Shown here one piece after another: positions 46,536 through 62,414 of a stretch of DNA of 64,000 nucleotides (position 1 is the first letter of the stretch; every line of letters starts with the position of its first letter). This DNA is from the human T2T-CHM13v2.0 reference genome, Homo sapiens. The notes below the pieces were generated by a model. It searched no databases. It worked only from the letters and a program-made list of their open reading frames with translations, and was not told where the DNA came from. The stretch lies in assembly GCF_009914755.1 (NCBI RefSeq), contig NC_060938.1. One strand, 5' to 3'. The translations under genes were made by a program, and so were the position numbers.

Positions 46536-47620
46536 CTGAAACATGAAGTTGTAAGAGCAAAAAGCAGGCAAAGGTGCAGAATCAAAGGAGAAAAAGACAG
46601 GAAAACAACGTTATTGGATGGAAGCAAAGCACATTACTCAATAATGTTTCATATAGGCATGCTTTCAAAAAAAAGCAAAATGTTATACTAAACAGTCTTT
46701 ATAACTACAGAGATATCTGAGTTGCAAACTACATTTAATATTTAAATGGAACTATAGACACTAAGTAAAAATTGCAAAAATAATTGTGAGTCGCTAGATG
46801 TTAAAAAAAACAGCTCTACTTGTCATGGTCTCAGTGATGAACGATGGTTCTTTCACCTCATTGAAAATAAATTATAGTCAAAATGAAGCGTTTTTGACCT
46901 TTAAGTGAAAGATTAGATTTTCTTCACAATAATTCATATTCTCAATGGGAAAAGAAAGAAAAAGGTCATCAAAGTAATCAAATGATACAAAGTTGTTATC
47001 TGCTTGCAAGCAAGAATAAGCTAATGAATAATCAGTAGCAGTCAGTGGTTTCCAAACCTAGAAAGTCCAATAGCGGGTTAGAGTTTTAAGGAGAAAAACA
47101 TGCCTACAATGTATTCTTTGCTCATTTTAGAATCTTTGTTGCATATTATTATTTTCTATCTGATTCCGTTCAAGGTTGAAATATAATTCAAAAGCAGTAA
47201 GGTTACTCTTAATGATTTTTTAAAAGACAAGAGGTAGTATCAATGAAAAATATGACAGAGCTTAATTAAGTAGATAACACTTAACTGGTAATTTATATTG
47301 AATATGTTCTTTTTCATCTCTGTTCTCTCAAGCTTTTGGGGGGCAGCTCTATCTGATAACTAGAAACCAAATCAAAACTACAATATAGTTCACTCTTTTT
47401 CTTAACAAAAATGCATGACTGAGCTTTGAAATGTGATTTTTTTGCAGTGTTGAATAAAAGACCTCACATTGAGAAAAATCCTACTATCTGTTTGTTTTGA
47501 ATCCTCAGTCCTCATTTGCAATCTGCAGCTAACCCATCTTGTCAGAAACTTTGGAAAGTCATGAGCATTTGGACTGAGGTTCTACCAAGACTGATTGGTT
47601 ATCCAGTATTACCTGCTACA

Positions 47621-48040
<420 letters not shown>

Positions 48041-49029
48041 TTACAACTTTGTTTGCAGGTACTCTTAGGGCACATTTGCATGCAGAAATGGCAAAGTTAG
48101 CTCTTTGGGAGAGGAAATCAATTTCTCAATTTCCAAAGTAAAGTATTATCCTTGCTATCTATATATCTGATACCCAAAGTGTATATTTTTCCTCCAGTTA
48201 GTAGCCCTGAATCTCTTTTTTCTGGGCCGTCGTCACAATTCAACTTCAGCTGCATGCTGTTCAGCTCATATTTGAAGATGGTCTATGCAACGTGCATTCA
48301 TTTACTCATTCCTCTAAGTTATTGTTTCCCAAAGTGCATGTACTTCCCACACAATATTAATGCGTTTTATGAGAAAAGGGTTCCATGTTAGAGTGGATTT
48401 AAGAACACTAATTTTACCACTGTCAGACTTCTTACTTAGGCCCTTAATTATGCATAATGACTCCTAGGATGTCCAAAATTTGGATGAACCAAGAAGCATT
48501 TCCTAATCTTATTTGACCAATTTTTTTTTTTCAGAATATTTTATGGGGCCATTATTTTTAAGAAAAACTTTAAGAAACACAGAGACAGCTCTATCTTTTC
48601 ATCCTGTTATCAAGTTAGAATCACCAGAAATGTCTATAAATCACCAAGGAAAAGAGAGCGACCTGTTTCATTGGTAGTTGGTTGTAAATTATACCACAGT
48701 TTTGTTTTTGTTTGGTTTTTCCCTTAAAGGAAGATCATATAATTACAGTTTTGTATCTGTGATGAAACTACTGCAGGTGACAATGTTTATTATGCAAATG
48801 AATACTAGTATCCCAGAATGATGTGGCATATTACTTTTAATTTAGCACCCAAAGAATTTATTTCCAATGTAAATTTTATAGCTCCATTTTCTTTTAATTG
48901 ACTGATAGGAATCTCATAACATAATGTATTAATTATTATGACATAACATTTCATTCTTTTCTCACATGACCTGTGTTGAAGAATCTCAATGGCTTTATAA
49001 CTTGCTATTTGGAGATCCATTGCTATTAT

Positions 49030-50400
49030 CATTTTAAAACACTTTTACTGAGGTACAATTCATATGGAATAAAGTAAACACCATTCTAGGTGTATAGCTT
49101 GATGAAGTTTTGCATGTGCATAAACCCATGTAACCTCTACCCAGATCAAGATATATAATATTGCCAGCATCCTAGAAAGCTCACTTCTGCTCCTTCCCAG
49201 TTGATATCCCACCTTAGTTTTATTTTTAAGTATCTTGCCATAAATTGGTTTTGCTTGATTTGAACTTCATATACTGGATTCATAAGTATGTACCCTTTGT
49301 CTGACTTATTTCTTTAAATATCATTTTGTGAGATTCAACAATGTTGCAGAGTGAATCAATAGTTAATTAATTCCATGGCTGTATCATTCATACAATCCAT
49401 TGTATGACTACACCACTACTGGTTTCTAATTTTTAGCTATTATGCATAAAGATGTCAAAAACATCTTTTAACATATCCTTCTGGGCATGACTCTGTATAT
49501 TCCTATTGTATATATACCTGGAAGTAGAACTGATGTGTCACACCATATGCATGTGTTTAGCTTTACGAGATAACTGCCAACAAGTTTTCCAAAGTCGTTT
49601 GGGCCAATATACAATCCCAGTAGTAGTGTATGTAAGTTTAGTTGCTCAGTATCTTCCCCAGTACTTGTTATTAACAGGTGTTCTTTCAATGACAGACATT
49701 CTGATGTAGACATAGGTCATTACAGACTTAACTTTACAGTCCTTGATAACTAATGATGTTAAGCACATTTTCATGTTTATTGTCTATCTTGTAATGTGCT
49801 GGTTAAGTATATAGCTATATTTTAAATAACGTTGTCTGTCTTCTAACTTTTTTGTAAATGTTCCTTATGTGCTCTGAATATGAGTTTTTATATGATATAT
49901 TGTATTGAAAATGTCTTCTCCCACTCACTTTTCTATTCTCTTAATGACATATTTTGATTAAAATAATTTCTTAGTTTTAATGATGCCCAATTTATCAATC
50001 TTTTTCCTTTGTCATCAGTGATTTAAATCCTGTTTAAAAAAGCTTTTCCTACTCGAAGTTCTTGTAGATATACTTTCTGTGTTACCTCCTAGAAGCTTCC
50101 AATCTACCTACAATTGATTTCGTGTATGGCATAAGACAGGGTCAAGATTCTTCTTTGCCATATAGATATCCAATTGGTCACAGAGATGTTTGCTGAAAAG
50201 ACCATTCTTTTCTCACAGCAGTTTTTCCCTTGTCATAAATCAGCTGGTCTGTGTATGCACATAGTTTCCGGACTCTATTTCATCGGTTAATTTTTCTGTC
50301 TTTGTGTAACAGCACATTGCCTTAATACTTTATACTTAACTTTGTATAATACTACCTTGCCTTTACTGCGCCTTTATAATATGTTTGGCAAGTCTCTGGT
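49030..50400 (-). mobile_element. Old L1M fragment(s)
   Basis: ttactgaggtacaattcatat...cccagatcaagatat...tttatcaatcttttt...gatatccaattg L1ME/MB-type motifs. Confidence 0.7.
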
Positions 50401-50411
50401 TTGTTCTACAT

Positions 50412-50490
50412 CAGGGGTGCTCAACCTCAGCACTATTGACATTTTGGGTTGGATACTTCTTCATTGTAGGAGGCTGCCCTGTGTACTGAC
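50412..50490. mobile_element. MER20-like hAT fragment
   Basis: caggggtgctcaacctcagcactattgacattttgg. Confidence 0.7.
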
Positions 50491-53069
50491 CTCTCTGTGA
50501 TTGGTCACTCAAATCCAATTGCCTTGGTTGCTCTTGGGTGCCTTCAAATAGTGTTTTGTTATGTTATATTTTATTCGGCTTTTATCATTGTCCCTCATGG
50601 GAGAGTTTATCTGATTAAAGTTTTCCTTTACACCTAGGAACAGACGTTCTACAACAGATTATTATATTATAATAACTTTTTGCCTAAGACTAACCCTTGC
50701 CTGGTGTGGGTTCAATTGGCTTTGACTTTTCCCAAATACCACAAGAACACATGTAAATAAAATAAAAAGATGAGTAAAGCATACAGAAATAATAGACTCA
50801 TTTAATACTAACTTCTTCTACAGTTGCCCAAAAGTCCATAAAACTGATATAATTTGATAAATATACTTATAGATAATGATACAGTGTATTAATGTGTTCC
50901 ACTTAAGAATCTGCTGAGTTTTTCTTGTTTCCTTCTAATACTGATGATAGTTTACAAAAAAAAAAATCCATGCCCACAGAACTGTTATAAATTGACCACA
51001 TCTTGGAATTTTTTAAAGATGGACTGTTTTATGGATAGCATAATGGATAGTTTACTGCCAAAGTTGATGACAGTTGAAGTTTGTCATGTGATCTATGCTA
51101 TTATAATATTTTTTCTATCTTAACATTAGAGAAATCTGAGATTGAATTTCTGTGCCCAAATGGATAAACAAACAGAATTACCAATGTCGTAATCTGTATC
51201 TGAAAAAGAAACTTTATAGTCAAAATAGGCAATCATTTATGGAAAATATAACTTTCTCATATTTGAGAGAAAATATACTTACCATGGCAGACTTGCAAAA
51301 TAAATGGTCTAGTGGCCTTAATGAGCAATGCTGTCTTTACAAGGGTCAGGCCATCATTCTTTTTGGAAATGGAAATTATTCTTTAATGTATATAGAACCC
51401 AAAGGTTTTACTATTATTGCTATAATATCACCTCTTATTAGGCACCCACTATAACTTTTAAACTATAGTTATTGGTGTTACTGGGTTGAAAAGGGATATA
51501 GGCATGGTACTCCCCGTGTGCCTTGGTCGAGCAGGGTGCTTTTGTTCCCGTATGAAGAAGCGAAGACATGAAAGGGAACAAAGGCAACAGGGAAATATGT
51601 GTCCTCCTCAAGGTGGGCCAATGTTTCCTACTTTCTCAGGGATTGGGTAAAAACAAAGACAAGTAGGCACCCCATAAGGACACAAAGGGCTTTGCTGTGT
51701 TTAAAACATGATTCTGAGAACCAGTGTGTCAAATAGTGTCACAAACATTACTTCCAAATGCATTTCTCATTTAAAGTTTACCTGAAGGCATTTTACACAA
51801 GGTTACGAAAGCTTATGACTCCCATCCCAGTAGCTTTAAAAAGTATCTTGTGGCTCCAATATTTTCTCACTTAATAAATATCTGATTTGATCATAATTTT
51901 ACAAGCATTCTTGACAAAGTCTAATTTTAAAAATGTGTACTTATAAAATAGATTTTAAGCATTTTACAAAAAAATTTTAATTCACCATTTAATTTCAACA
52001 TTTTATGTAACGTATCAAATAATTCAAATAATTTAGTGGTTATTTAATTTGGTTACATAAAGCATTATTTTATTGCTTTAATTTGGTTTTATTGCTTTTA
52101 TTGCTTTTAAGCTTTTATTGCTTTAAGTTGGTTTAAAAACACAAAAATCCGTGTTAAATTATACTTACATAAGCTAAATTAGATTTATATAGAAACCATA
52201 CATTTATATACATATATGCATAATTTACAATGTTGTTTCTTAAACTTATTTTTAAATGTCTATCTTATAAACATCATGACTCTCAGCAGCTATGCTTAAA
52301 AGCAAGAGTAATTGCTGTAACTTGTAAAATCACTAATTGCAAAAATTCAAACTCAAAGAACTTCTGAGCTGAGAAGATGACATAGGATTATTTTAAAACA
52401 CAGACTTTGACTTAAGCACTTATCAGTAAGAATATCATAATTTCAATTAATAGAACTTCATGGAATAATATATGATCATGCATACATATTCTGAATAGGT
52501 ATGAAGTTATAATATGTTCTTCTAGTTATTGGTGAAATTTAGTACCTGCCTTCTCCAACTAGGTTCACTTAGTGATGTACTGAAAACACAAGAAACCCCT
52601 AAAAGAGAGCCTTATAAAAGAGTATGGGATTTTCCTAATTATTAAAATAATTCATTTCATTTATACTCCTGGTTTACACTGTAAAAAAATTTTGGTGATA
52701 TAAAGATCGTGATCACAATAAAATATTTTCCAAACAAGTAATTTATACAACTTCTTATAGATGTCTTCAGAATTTGTTACCACTCTCCACTCCAAGAGGG
52801 ATCTATTCAACCTAAATGTTTAAGTATTTTCAAAATTTTTTTCTCTCTAATTGATTTTTACAGTAACAGGATTATAAAGCATCATTGTAATATCCATCGG
52901 GAGATAGAGGGGGTAAATATGGGAAATTTAAATCCTCAAACTATTAGCGTATTTCAGAATGTGTTTTTATTTTAAATAATTCACATAATTACCACAATTT
53001 TTATTTTGTTTCGAATGTTTGGAAAATCCAAATTTAACTTTCTTAAGGAAGAATATTAACCATATCCAT

Positions 53070-53207
53070 AAGATATATATATATTTATTTGCATATTTTA
53101 TATATAATATATATAAAATATATACTATATAATATATATAATATATAAAAATATATATCTTATGGATATAGTTAATATTCTTCCATATATATATATATAT
53201 ATATATT
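53070..53207. repeat. (TA)n / AT-rich tract
   Basis: Direct reading. Confidence 0.85.
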
Positions 53208-53683
53208 CTAGAGCTAATGGAAATATTTAAAGTGTTAAGTCCTATTTTTCTCACAGGACTTATCAATCAGTTTTTGACAATAAGCTGGCATGTATGCCAG
53301 TATGCCAAGCAATAAAGACTTTCATGGTTTCACAAGAGCAAATTTCAAGTTTCCTCCCAAAATAAATATTCAGCCATGCCACAAATTCCTCTAATAATCT
53401 TCAGAGAACATTTTGTATCTCTCTGGTTTCCAAATTTTGACAAGCGATGTTTTGCAACATTAACACATTAGTTCGTGCTGCTCTGGCCCTGTGACCACGA
53501 TAAAACCTCACATATTTTATCATTTCACTAAGCTCAGAGATAAAAGCAAACTCAAAACTGTTGGATATTTGATGAGACACTGACCAATCTACAGCACAAG
53601 CCCTGAAGAAACACTGTCATTAACACCCTGGCTGCATTCTCCCTCCTAGCGCCCTGTCTTGGATTGACATTGCTATCACATCA

Positions 53684-54019
<336 letters not shown>

Positions 54020-55255
54020 TCACATTTTCTTTTGAACATTCTCTGAATTTTTTTTCCAATTTGTTAATGGGTTTTGAATTCTGATCTTATTGCACAAGCT
54101 CAGGAACTATGCTAGGTATCATTTTTAAAAATGTTCTGTGATATAACAGTCTTAGGCTTGAAGGGATATAGAAATTAACTCAAATTAGATAATCTGAGCC
54201 ACTTTTAGCTGCCGTAAGTTCAAATGTGAGTGGACACATAAAGGAATATTAATCACAGCACATCACAAGTTTTAGACAACACTAATTTGAATCTGGGCCT
54301 CATAACTTGCTTGTCTACATGGCCTGGAACAAAGTTTCACCTCAGTTTTCTCGTCTCTAAAATGGAGGTAATAACTACCTTGTAGAATTACTAAGAAGAT
54401 ATATAAAGTACCTCACATGCTGGTTTCCACATGGTAGGTGATCAATAATTGGAAACAGATTTCCCACCTAGGCAAGTGTCAGTTTCTTTTCAATATTTTT
54501 AATATTCATATTCCCCACGTAGCTGGAGGCCATTACTTAGAATCTCTCCATGTGTCACACAGCAGTCCGGACAGACAAATTTTCATAAAACCAGATTTTA
54601 GGCAGAGTTTCTTCCAGATTATTGTCTGCTAGCTTCCCTCTTCACAGACAGAAATTCAAAAATTGTGGATAGTTTATTTGTAGGTTGCATAATAAATGCT
54701 CAGTTATATTTGTCAAAGTTCAAAGAACTCTAACCCTGCCCTCCCAATCCAAAGAGAATAGAGTACAATTGCGCCAGTTTTAAAGATTATATCATGGTGT
54801 CCTAGCACCTTGAATTGTGCAGTTCAAAGTGTTCTTTCCACATTATGATAAAATTATGTTGTTGGTGCAGAAATGCAGATACATGTTCCAGCTCGCGACT
54901 CAACAGCTGAGTGAACTTAGACGGTTTAATTTCCTGAATCTCTGCTCATTTCAACAAATGTGTATTCAATGTCTACTATTCCAATTTCTGACTTATTTAC
55001 TAGGCAAATTTTATTTTTAGTCGGCTGATAAAATATTGAGCACCATATAGGGGTGAAACATGTCCACATGATAAGGGAGAAAAGATGTGAGAATAAGGGT
55101 TCCCAGGTCAGACCAACTTTGTTCAAGACAGGAAACTTAAAGAAATGAACAGAAGAGAATCCATGTACCCCCTAAATGCCTGGAAGATACTTCGGGGAGA
55201 TACTGCTACACTATTGTAGAGGGCACAACATAAGCAGATAGCTCCATCATGCATT

Positions 55256-56065
55256 ATTTTTTATTTTTTACTATTTCATTAGCTTTAGGTGTACATGTGG
55301 TTTTCAGTACATGAATGAATTATATAGTGGTAAAGTCTGGGCTTTTAGTGTAGCTGTCACCCAAATGGTTTATGTTCATTGTACACAATAGGTAGTTTTT
55401 CATCCCTCAGCCACCTCTGAACCTCCTGCTTCTGATTTTCCAATGTCTATTACACCACTGTGTGTGCCCCTGTGTACCCACAGATTAGCTTCCACTTATA
55501 AATGAGAACATGTGGTATTTGGCTTTTGTTCCTGAGTTACTTCAGTTAGGATAATGGCCTCCAGTTCTATCCAAGTTGCTGCAAAAGACATTATTTTGTT
55601 CTTTTTCATGGCTGAGTAGTATTTCATGGTGTATATATATAATGCATATTGTGAATTGTATTCACAATTGCAAAGGTATGGAATCAACCTAAGTGCCCAT
55701 CAACCAATGAGTGGATAAAGAGAATGTGGAGTGTATACACGCACACACACCAATGTATATACATGTTTGTATATATGTGTGTATATGTATATATGTGTAT
55801 ACATACATAGATCTATGTACATAGGTGTATATATACATAGACTTATGTAATAGGTGTATATATAGATAGATCTATGTATGTATACACACAAAAAAACCTA
55901 TATTTTCTCAACCAAACGAGTGGATGAAGAAAATGTATATATACACACATATATATGTGCGTATATATATGTATATATGTACCACATTTTCTTTATCCAC
56001 TCATTGGTTGATGGGCACTTAGCTTTTACGTATCTTTGCAATTGTGAATTCTGCTGCGATAAACA
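55256..56065 (-). mobile_element. L1PB 3' end with expanded TA/TG microsatellite and internal inverted duplication
   Basis: ttcctgagttacttcagttaggataatggcctccag; ccacattttctttatccactcattggttgatggg. Confidence 0.85.
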
Positions 56066-56086
56066 CAGGAGAACAGCACACATTTA

Positions 56087-56344
<258 letters not shown>

Positions 56345-58859
56345 CTAGGCAAAGTTAGGGAAGATAAGATGCAACACAGCTTGCACTTTCAGCCATTAGA
56401 CATTATTCCCAGCCATAGTTTTACAGTTGGTGGCACAGCAACCATCTCTCTTCTCCTCTTCCTGCTTGACCAAGTTTCAGACCACTTTAAAAACAGCCAA
56501 AAAAATAGCAGAAAGCATGAATGAAAGTATAAGTACACCTGATTTACAAACACCTGATGATACTTAAAAAATATTTTACTTTTTCTCTTACTTAAATGAG
56601 TGAGAAAGGTATTCAAAAATATTAATGAAAAGAAGAAAGTTGATGAATTCAGATAGATCCGAAAAATAGTATCCTTGAGTTTGACAATGAAGAAGTACAT
56701 TACAGGGTCCAGTTGAAAGATAGATATAAAATATGAGTGGCTTCCTTATATAGGGATAGAGCTGTCTGAACTCTTGGGCAATGTATAATAACTAAGCATT
56801 TAAATCATGACTGAGCAACAACCAAGCAGCCACTTCACCAACATGCCAAAGAGAGGGATTTAATACATACGCTGGTGAACTGCAGTCCATTCTGAGAAAT
56901 ACACCTTAATCAACCATATTCATGTTGTAGGGAACTTTTTGGTGTTGCTTACTGTTGCTTATTCTGTATGGTACTCATACAGGATATTAAAATCCATTTT
57001 TATTACATCTTTCCATATGATATTTTTATTGTATTATAAAAGTGGTTTGTGCTGTTTTGTTGTTGCTGAAATCAAGAAATAGAAAGGTATCGACAGCGGA
57101 AAGATGAGCTTTTTTCTTAGTGTCCTAATGGAAAGTGGTGGATCTTTCCAGACCTATGTGCACACAGTAAGCCTGAGGTTGCGGCTGCACAATATAGCAC
57201 AGTACAGCACCTGGCAGGCAGAAGACCTGGGGGAAGCCTGACCTTTACCGGAGTGACATCTCAATAAGCACGAGTCTCAGTTTCTCATACCTAAAAAGAG
57301 ACAGTCTGTCTGATGATGACTTCTCCAGTCCCTTAAAATTTAAACTTCCATTAATGTAAGAACAGAACCATATGAACTTAACTTTGTAAGATTTTATTTT
57401 ACGAGAATTTTGGGGAAAACTGAGGCCTTCAATATATTCCTTGTCTTCTGCCTTCCTTTCCTTTCCTCCTCAATTCAAATAAGTTTAAGAAATTGCATAT
57501 CACATTTCCCACTTCAAGATCCACAATATAATTGTCAATGCTTAATCCAAGTAGATCAGAAAAAAAGTGTGGTTTGGGTGCCAATCACCTACTTTGGTGG
57601 TTTGGTCAAAATGTGTCCAATTGGGAGAAGAATAAATTCTTTTTAAAATTGGTCTCTCATACTCATGTAGAAAATTTATTTTTAAAATATCAAAGAAAAT
57701 AATTAAAGAGAAAACTTTATGTCAATTCTTAACTTCTAGCTTCTCCCCTCAGCCCCAAAATCACCCCTCCAGACCAAACAACTATGACAATACTATCACA
57801 ACGATTAGTTGAATAATTACTTTAGTATTCAAAATAAGCCACATTAGAATTTGACAATACAAATACCAAGCTGGATTCAGACATTTTTGGAATTAATCAG
57901 AAGGAATATAAATAATTAAACTAAAGATTTTCAGTGACACTCCTCCAATTTATGCTAGGTAAATTTGTTTTTTTTTTTTCTTTCATTTTTTGAAGAGGAT
58001 TAACATTCATAAGCAGTTAGCACCCTTGACTTATGTTTAAATGCCATATTTCTAAAGTTCAATTTTAATATTCTCCTGTTAATTTTAGAATAATTAAATA
58101 CATTTTTAAAATAAAACTATGAAGTGTGGTGAGGTTTTTACATCCATTTGAAATCAAAGCACAACATCCATTCATTATGAATTTACCTGTTCTGCACCCT
58201 GGGGGAAATCAGCATTAGTTGAGTGTATGCATGCCACCTCGCCTAATCACAAAATTGCACTTCAGAGATAATCACTTAGCACAGGAAAACAAAGTGAATG
58301 CTGTAATTCCATTTCATTTAAGTTTAGGAATCAAAATGGACAGATAAGAATAGGAATATTAAAGTGTCTAGAGATTCCAAGAGAGGAACAATGGGCTATC
58401 TGTTAGTCTGTCATAATCAATCAGCCAACCTAAATTAAAACCATATGACAGGGCAACAAACTAAACACAATAGGCCCCTTATACTGGTATTTGTGTCTCT
58501 TTTATTTGCTCTATTCACAGCCTATTGTTATACTCCAGTGTGCAAGAGAAGAGAAAATGACATGCTTTTCTTAGTCATTGAGCATTTGAAACAGGTAATT
58601 GAGCCAAAAACCCTAAGATAATCAGTTCTTTTATGGTTCATTATAAATTGTTGCACAAATGGAGTAAACTGTTTGGTTAGCAGTACAGAAGAAATAAGGC
58701 TTCTGAAGCAAAATAATCTCTGGAGGTCAAAATTATTTGCATAATAAAATAAAATAACGACAGATCTTCCAAGATTTTCAGTACTTTTTTAAAAAACTGG
58801 TAATTTTGGCAATGGGAGAAGCATAAACTCTTGCTGGCTATGACAAGTTGAGACTGATA

Positions 58860-59030
58860 TAATGAGAGGAAATGCTTAAGCAATCTATAAGGTAGTTATT
58901 ATGCCAAACCCCATTTTACAGATGAGAAAACTGATACTCAGAAATTAAGGAGCTACACTAGGTAATACAGAATCTGAACTGAGGCAGTCCTGACACCAGA
59001 ACCATATAAACTCTCTCAGCCACCATTACT
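58860..59030 (-). mobile_element. MIR
   Basis: ccccattttacagatgagaaaactga core. Confidence 0.7.
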
Positions 59031-59621
59031 CAACTTGTATTTTTTTGACTATTTAAACACTATGGATTATAAGCTGCACCTTTATTTTATGTATCACTGA
59101 AAAATATTTTTTAAAGAGTACAATTAAATACATATAACACACAACCCCTTGTAACATGCATTATTATCTTATAACAATGCTGGGAAAATAAGAAGCCATG
59201 AAATAAAGTATAGAAAAAAATTAATCCAGTTCTCAAGATCAAAAATTCTTTTAGTATGCTTTTTGCATGAGCTCCATGTTTAGAAATCCTCCTTTCCAAA
59301 CAAATTAAGGAAAAGTCATTGGTTTTTCAACTTTTACAAAAGTCAGTGGTAATGATGCATAGGTGAGCTAAACGCCAACTGGAGCTTTGTGTCCACATGA
59401 TAACATGTCCCCACATTGAATTGATTAGTTCGTCCCAAAGCAAAACATTTTGAAGTTTCTGAAAGCTGTGAAGCTTTGCTGTGGGCATTTTTTTTTTCCT
59501 TTACTGTCTAGAATATTGAAAATAGTTTCTGGATACCACTCCTACACAAAATCACATACTTGCTATTTTTAAGGTATTCTGTAGATTAAAAACAAAAACA
59601 AAAACAAAACAAAACAATATT

Positions 59622-59966
<345 letters not shown>

Positions 59967-62097
59967 TCACCCATAAACACACATTATTGGTGGAATGATC
60001 ACTACTCACAATCAGTTTATTGCATTTGTGAATATCTCAAATTATTAGAAAGTTGTTTTTATTGAGGCCCCAATACACTTCTGTAACTTTTACTTAGTAA
60101 TCATAATGCTAAAAGCAAGCCTTTAAAAATAAGGCATTTTTATGCATTTAAATGAGCTTATGTAAGTAAAGCAGTCCTAATAATTTCAACCTAACATAGT
60201 TTATGTTATGTGTTATTAATATATCTAGAACCTCCTAGGTAATATAGTATATGTTGAAAATAAAAAAAGGACTAAGGAACGGTATCTGTAGTTGAGAGAT
60301 CAAAGTCAAAATGAGGATGACAGGCCCATGTATATTTATAATACCAAATGCAGGGATGGAACAGAAGACAAAGGGTGGCTAAGTCTGTCTAGGTCTGTCA
60401 GGGAACACTTCATCCAAGAGAGGAATTGTACAGAATCCTGAAGGTTGAAGAGTATTTTGAAAAGCAGAGAACAGGATAAAAGAGTGAACATTTTTATATA
60501 GTCTTATTTTAATTATATATAACATAGGATTGTCTATATATTTCTTTACAATTATTGTGGGTTCTTGACACTTTATCATCTTTGGTGCACTGTCAGGGAA
60601 ATCAGCAAGAATGACTACAAATTGTCCATGAGGCAGGGAACTGAGAGATGACAACAGATCAATTTCACACTATTGTGGCCCAGGTGTGTGAGTGTTTGTA
60701 AAACTAAGCTTGCACATGTCCATTCTCCCTCCCCATCACCCAATACACATATACCTAACCCCCAAGGTTGGTCATTTTTTCCTGCTTCTCTGTTGATCCC
60801 AGTCTCTCCAAGCCAGTTTTAGATCAGATTCTCCCTTCATGCAACCGTTGTTCAAGTTAATCTCACATTTCACATTTTTGTTATACCTGGAAACATCTAG
60901 AGTTGTGAGGACCCACAGCTCTCCAACAACAAGAACATTCAATAAATTCTTGCAGAGGGACTTGCAATAACATCTTTCAGATGGGTGCTGAAAATGAAGG
61001 GAATCTCCATTTTTGACTTAACATCTGACCAGAAAATTGTTAGTGAGGTGCAATGATGGGAATTTGGGAGGCTGTGAATATATCATCTCAGAGATCATAG
61101 TAGCCAAGAGAGAAAAAAAAATGTATTTAGATAGGTTGACTAGGCAGCTCAGAAGTTTCTGGGAAGTTATTTCCTAAGTTTGTGGTTAGAGATTAAAAAA
61201 AATATGGCTACAAGAGAAAAAGGTCTCACAAGCCAGACTGAGAACACAATAGCAAGTTGCCCTAATTAGGAAGAAAAGGGACTGGTAACTAGATAAATGT
61301 TGTGACTGCCCAGGGAACTGTCTGATGAGCTCATGTTCAGAAAAGTAAAGAATCAACAGCAGAAGGACCAGCACAGAGTCAGGTTGAATGCAAGTAAGTG
61401 GCTCCGGCCAGAGAACCACCCTAGGAAGGCCAAAAGAAGGAAAAGCTGAAGCTTTTTAAAAGCTAAAAGAGAACAGAAGGCTTTTCAGCTGGGTGTTTCA
61501 TGTGGAAAGAATGAAGCAGAGATAGGCCTCAAACTCAGAAATAAATAGTTTAATGCTAACAGACAAAATAGAAAAAGCTATTCAATTATATTTTTGTTTT
61601 TATCTTTTCTAGAAAAATAGACCATCTTTAAACTAAAAGAAAAAAAATAGGAAGAAGTAACATATCAAGAAGAAAACAAAGTCTAGGATGGATGAGAAAG
61701 GGGCTTTAAAGAAATTATTTTCAATAGGCCCAAATGAATTATAGATGAGTACTTAAAAGCTTATTTTTAACTTTAAGAAAACATCTATCTCAATATCCTA
61801 ACAGAATGTTGTTTGCTTAATGAAATTATTCTAAAGCCCTTTTGTAAGAAGAACAGAACATATTCTAATAAGAATAGAAAAAAGTAACAGAAGAGTAATA
61901 AATAAATTTTGCCCTACTTGATATCAAAATATTCTATAAAATGTTGATATTTTAAAATATGGGTGGCTGTGAAAGATAAAAGAGAGAGATAAGCAGGCTA
62001 GAATTAGTGACCCAGAAATCTACCCTATGTATATATTTAAAATATTGTAAGTCTTAACAGAAATCAATGTCAAAGGTGGAGATATCATTTAACAATT

Positions 62098-62414
<317 letters not shown>

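Noticed and set aside
59040-59480. Possible old Tc1/mariner-type (Kanga/Tigger) remnant
   Set aside because: Only a short terminal-like motif (ggattataagctgcacc) is recognisable; not enough to call
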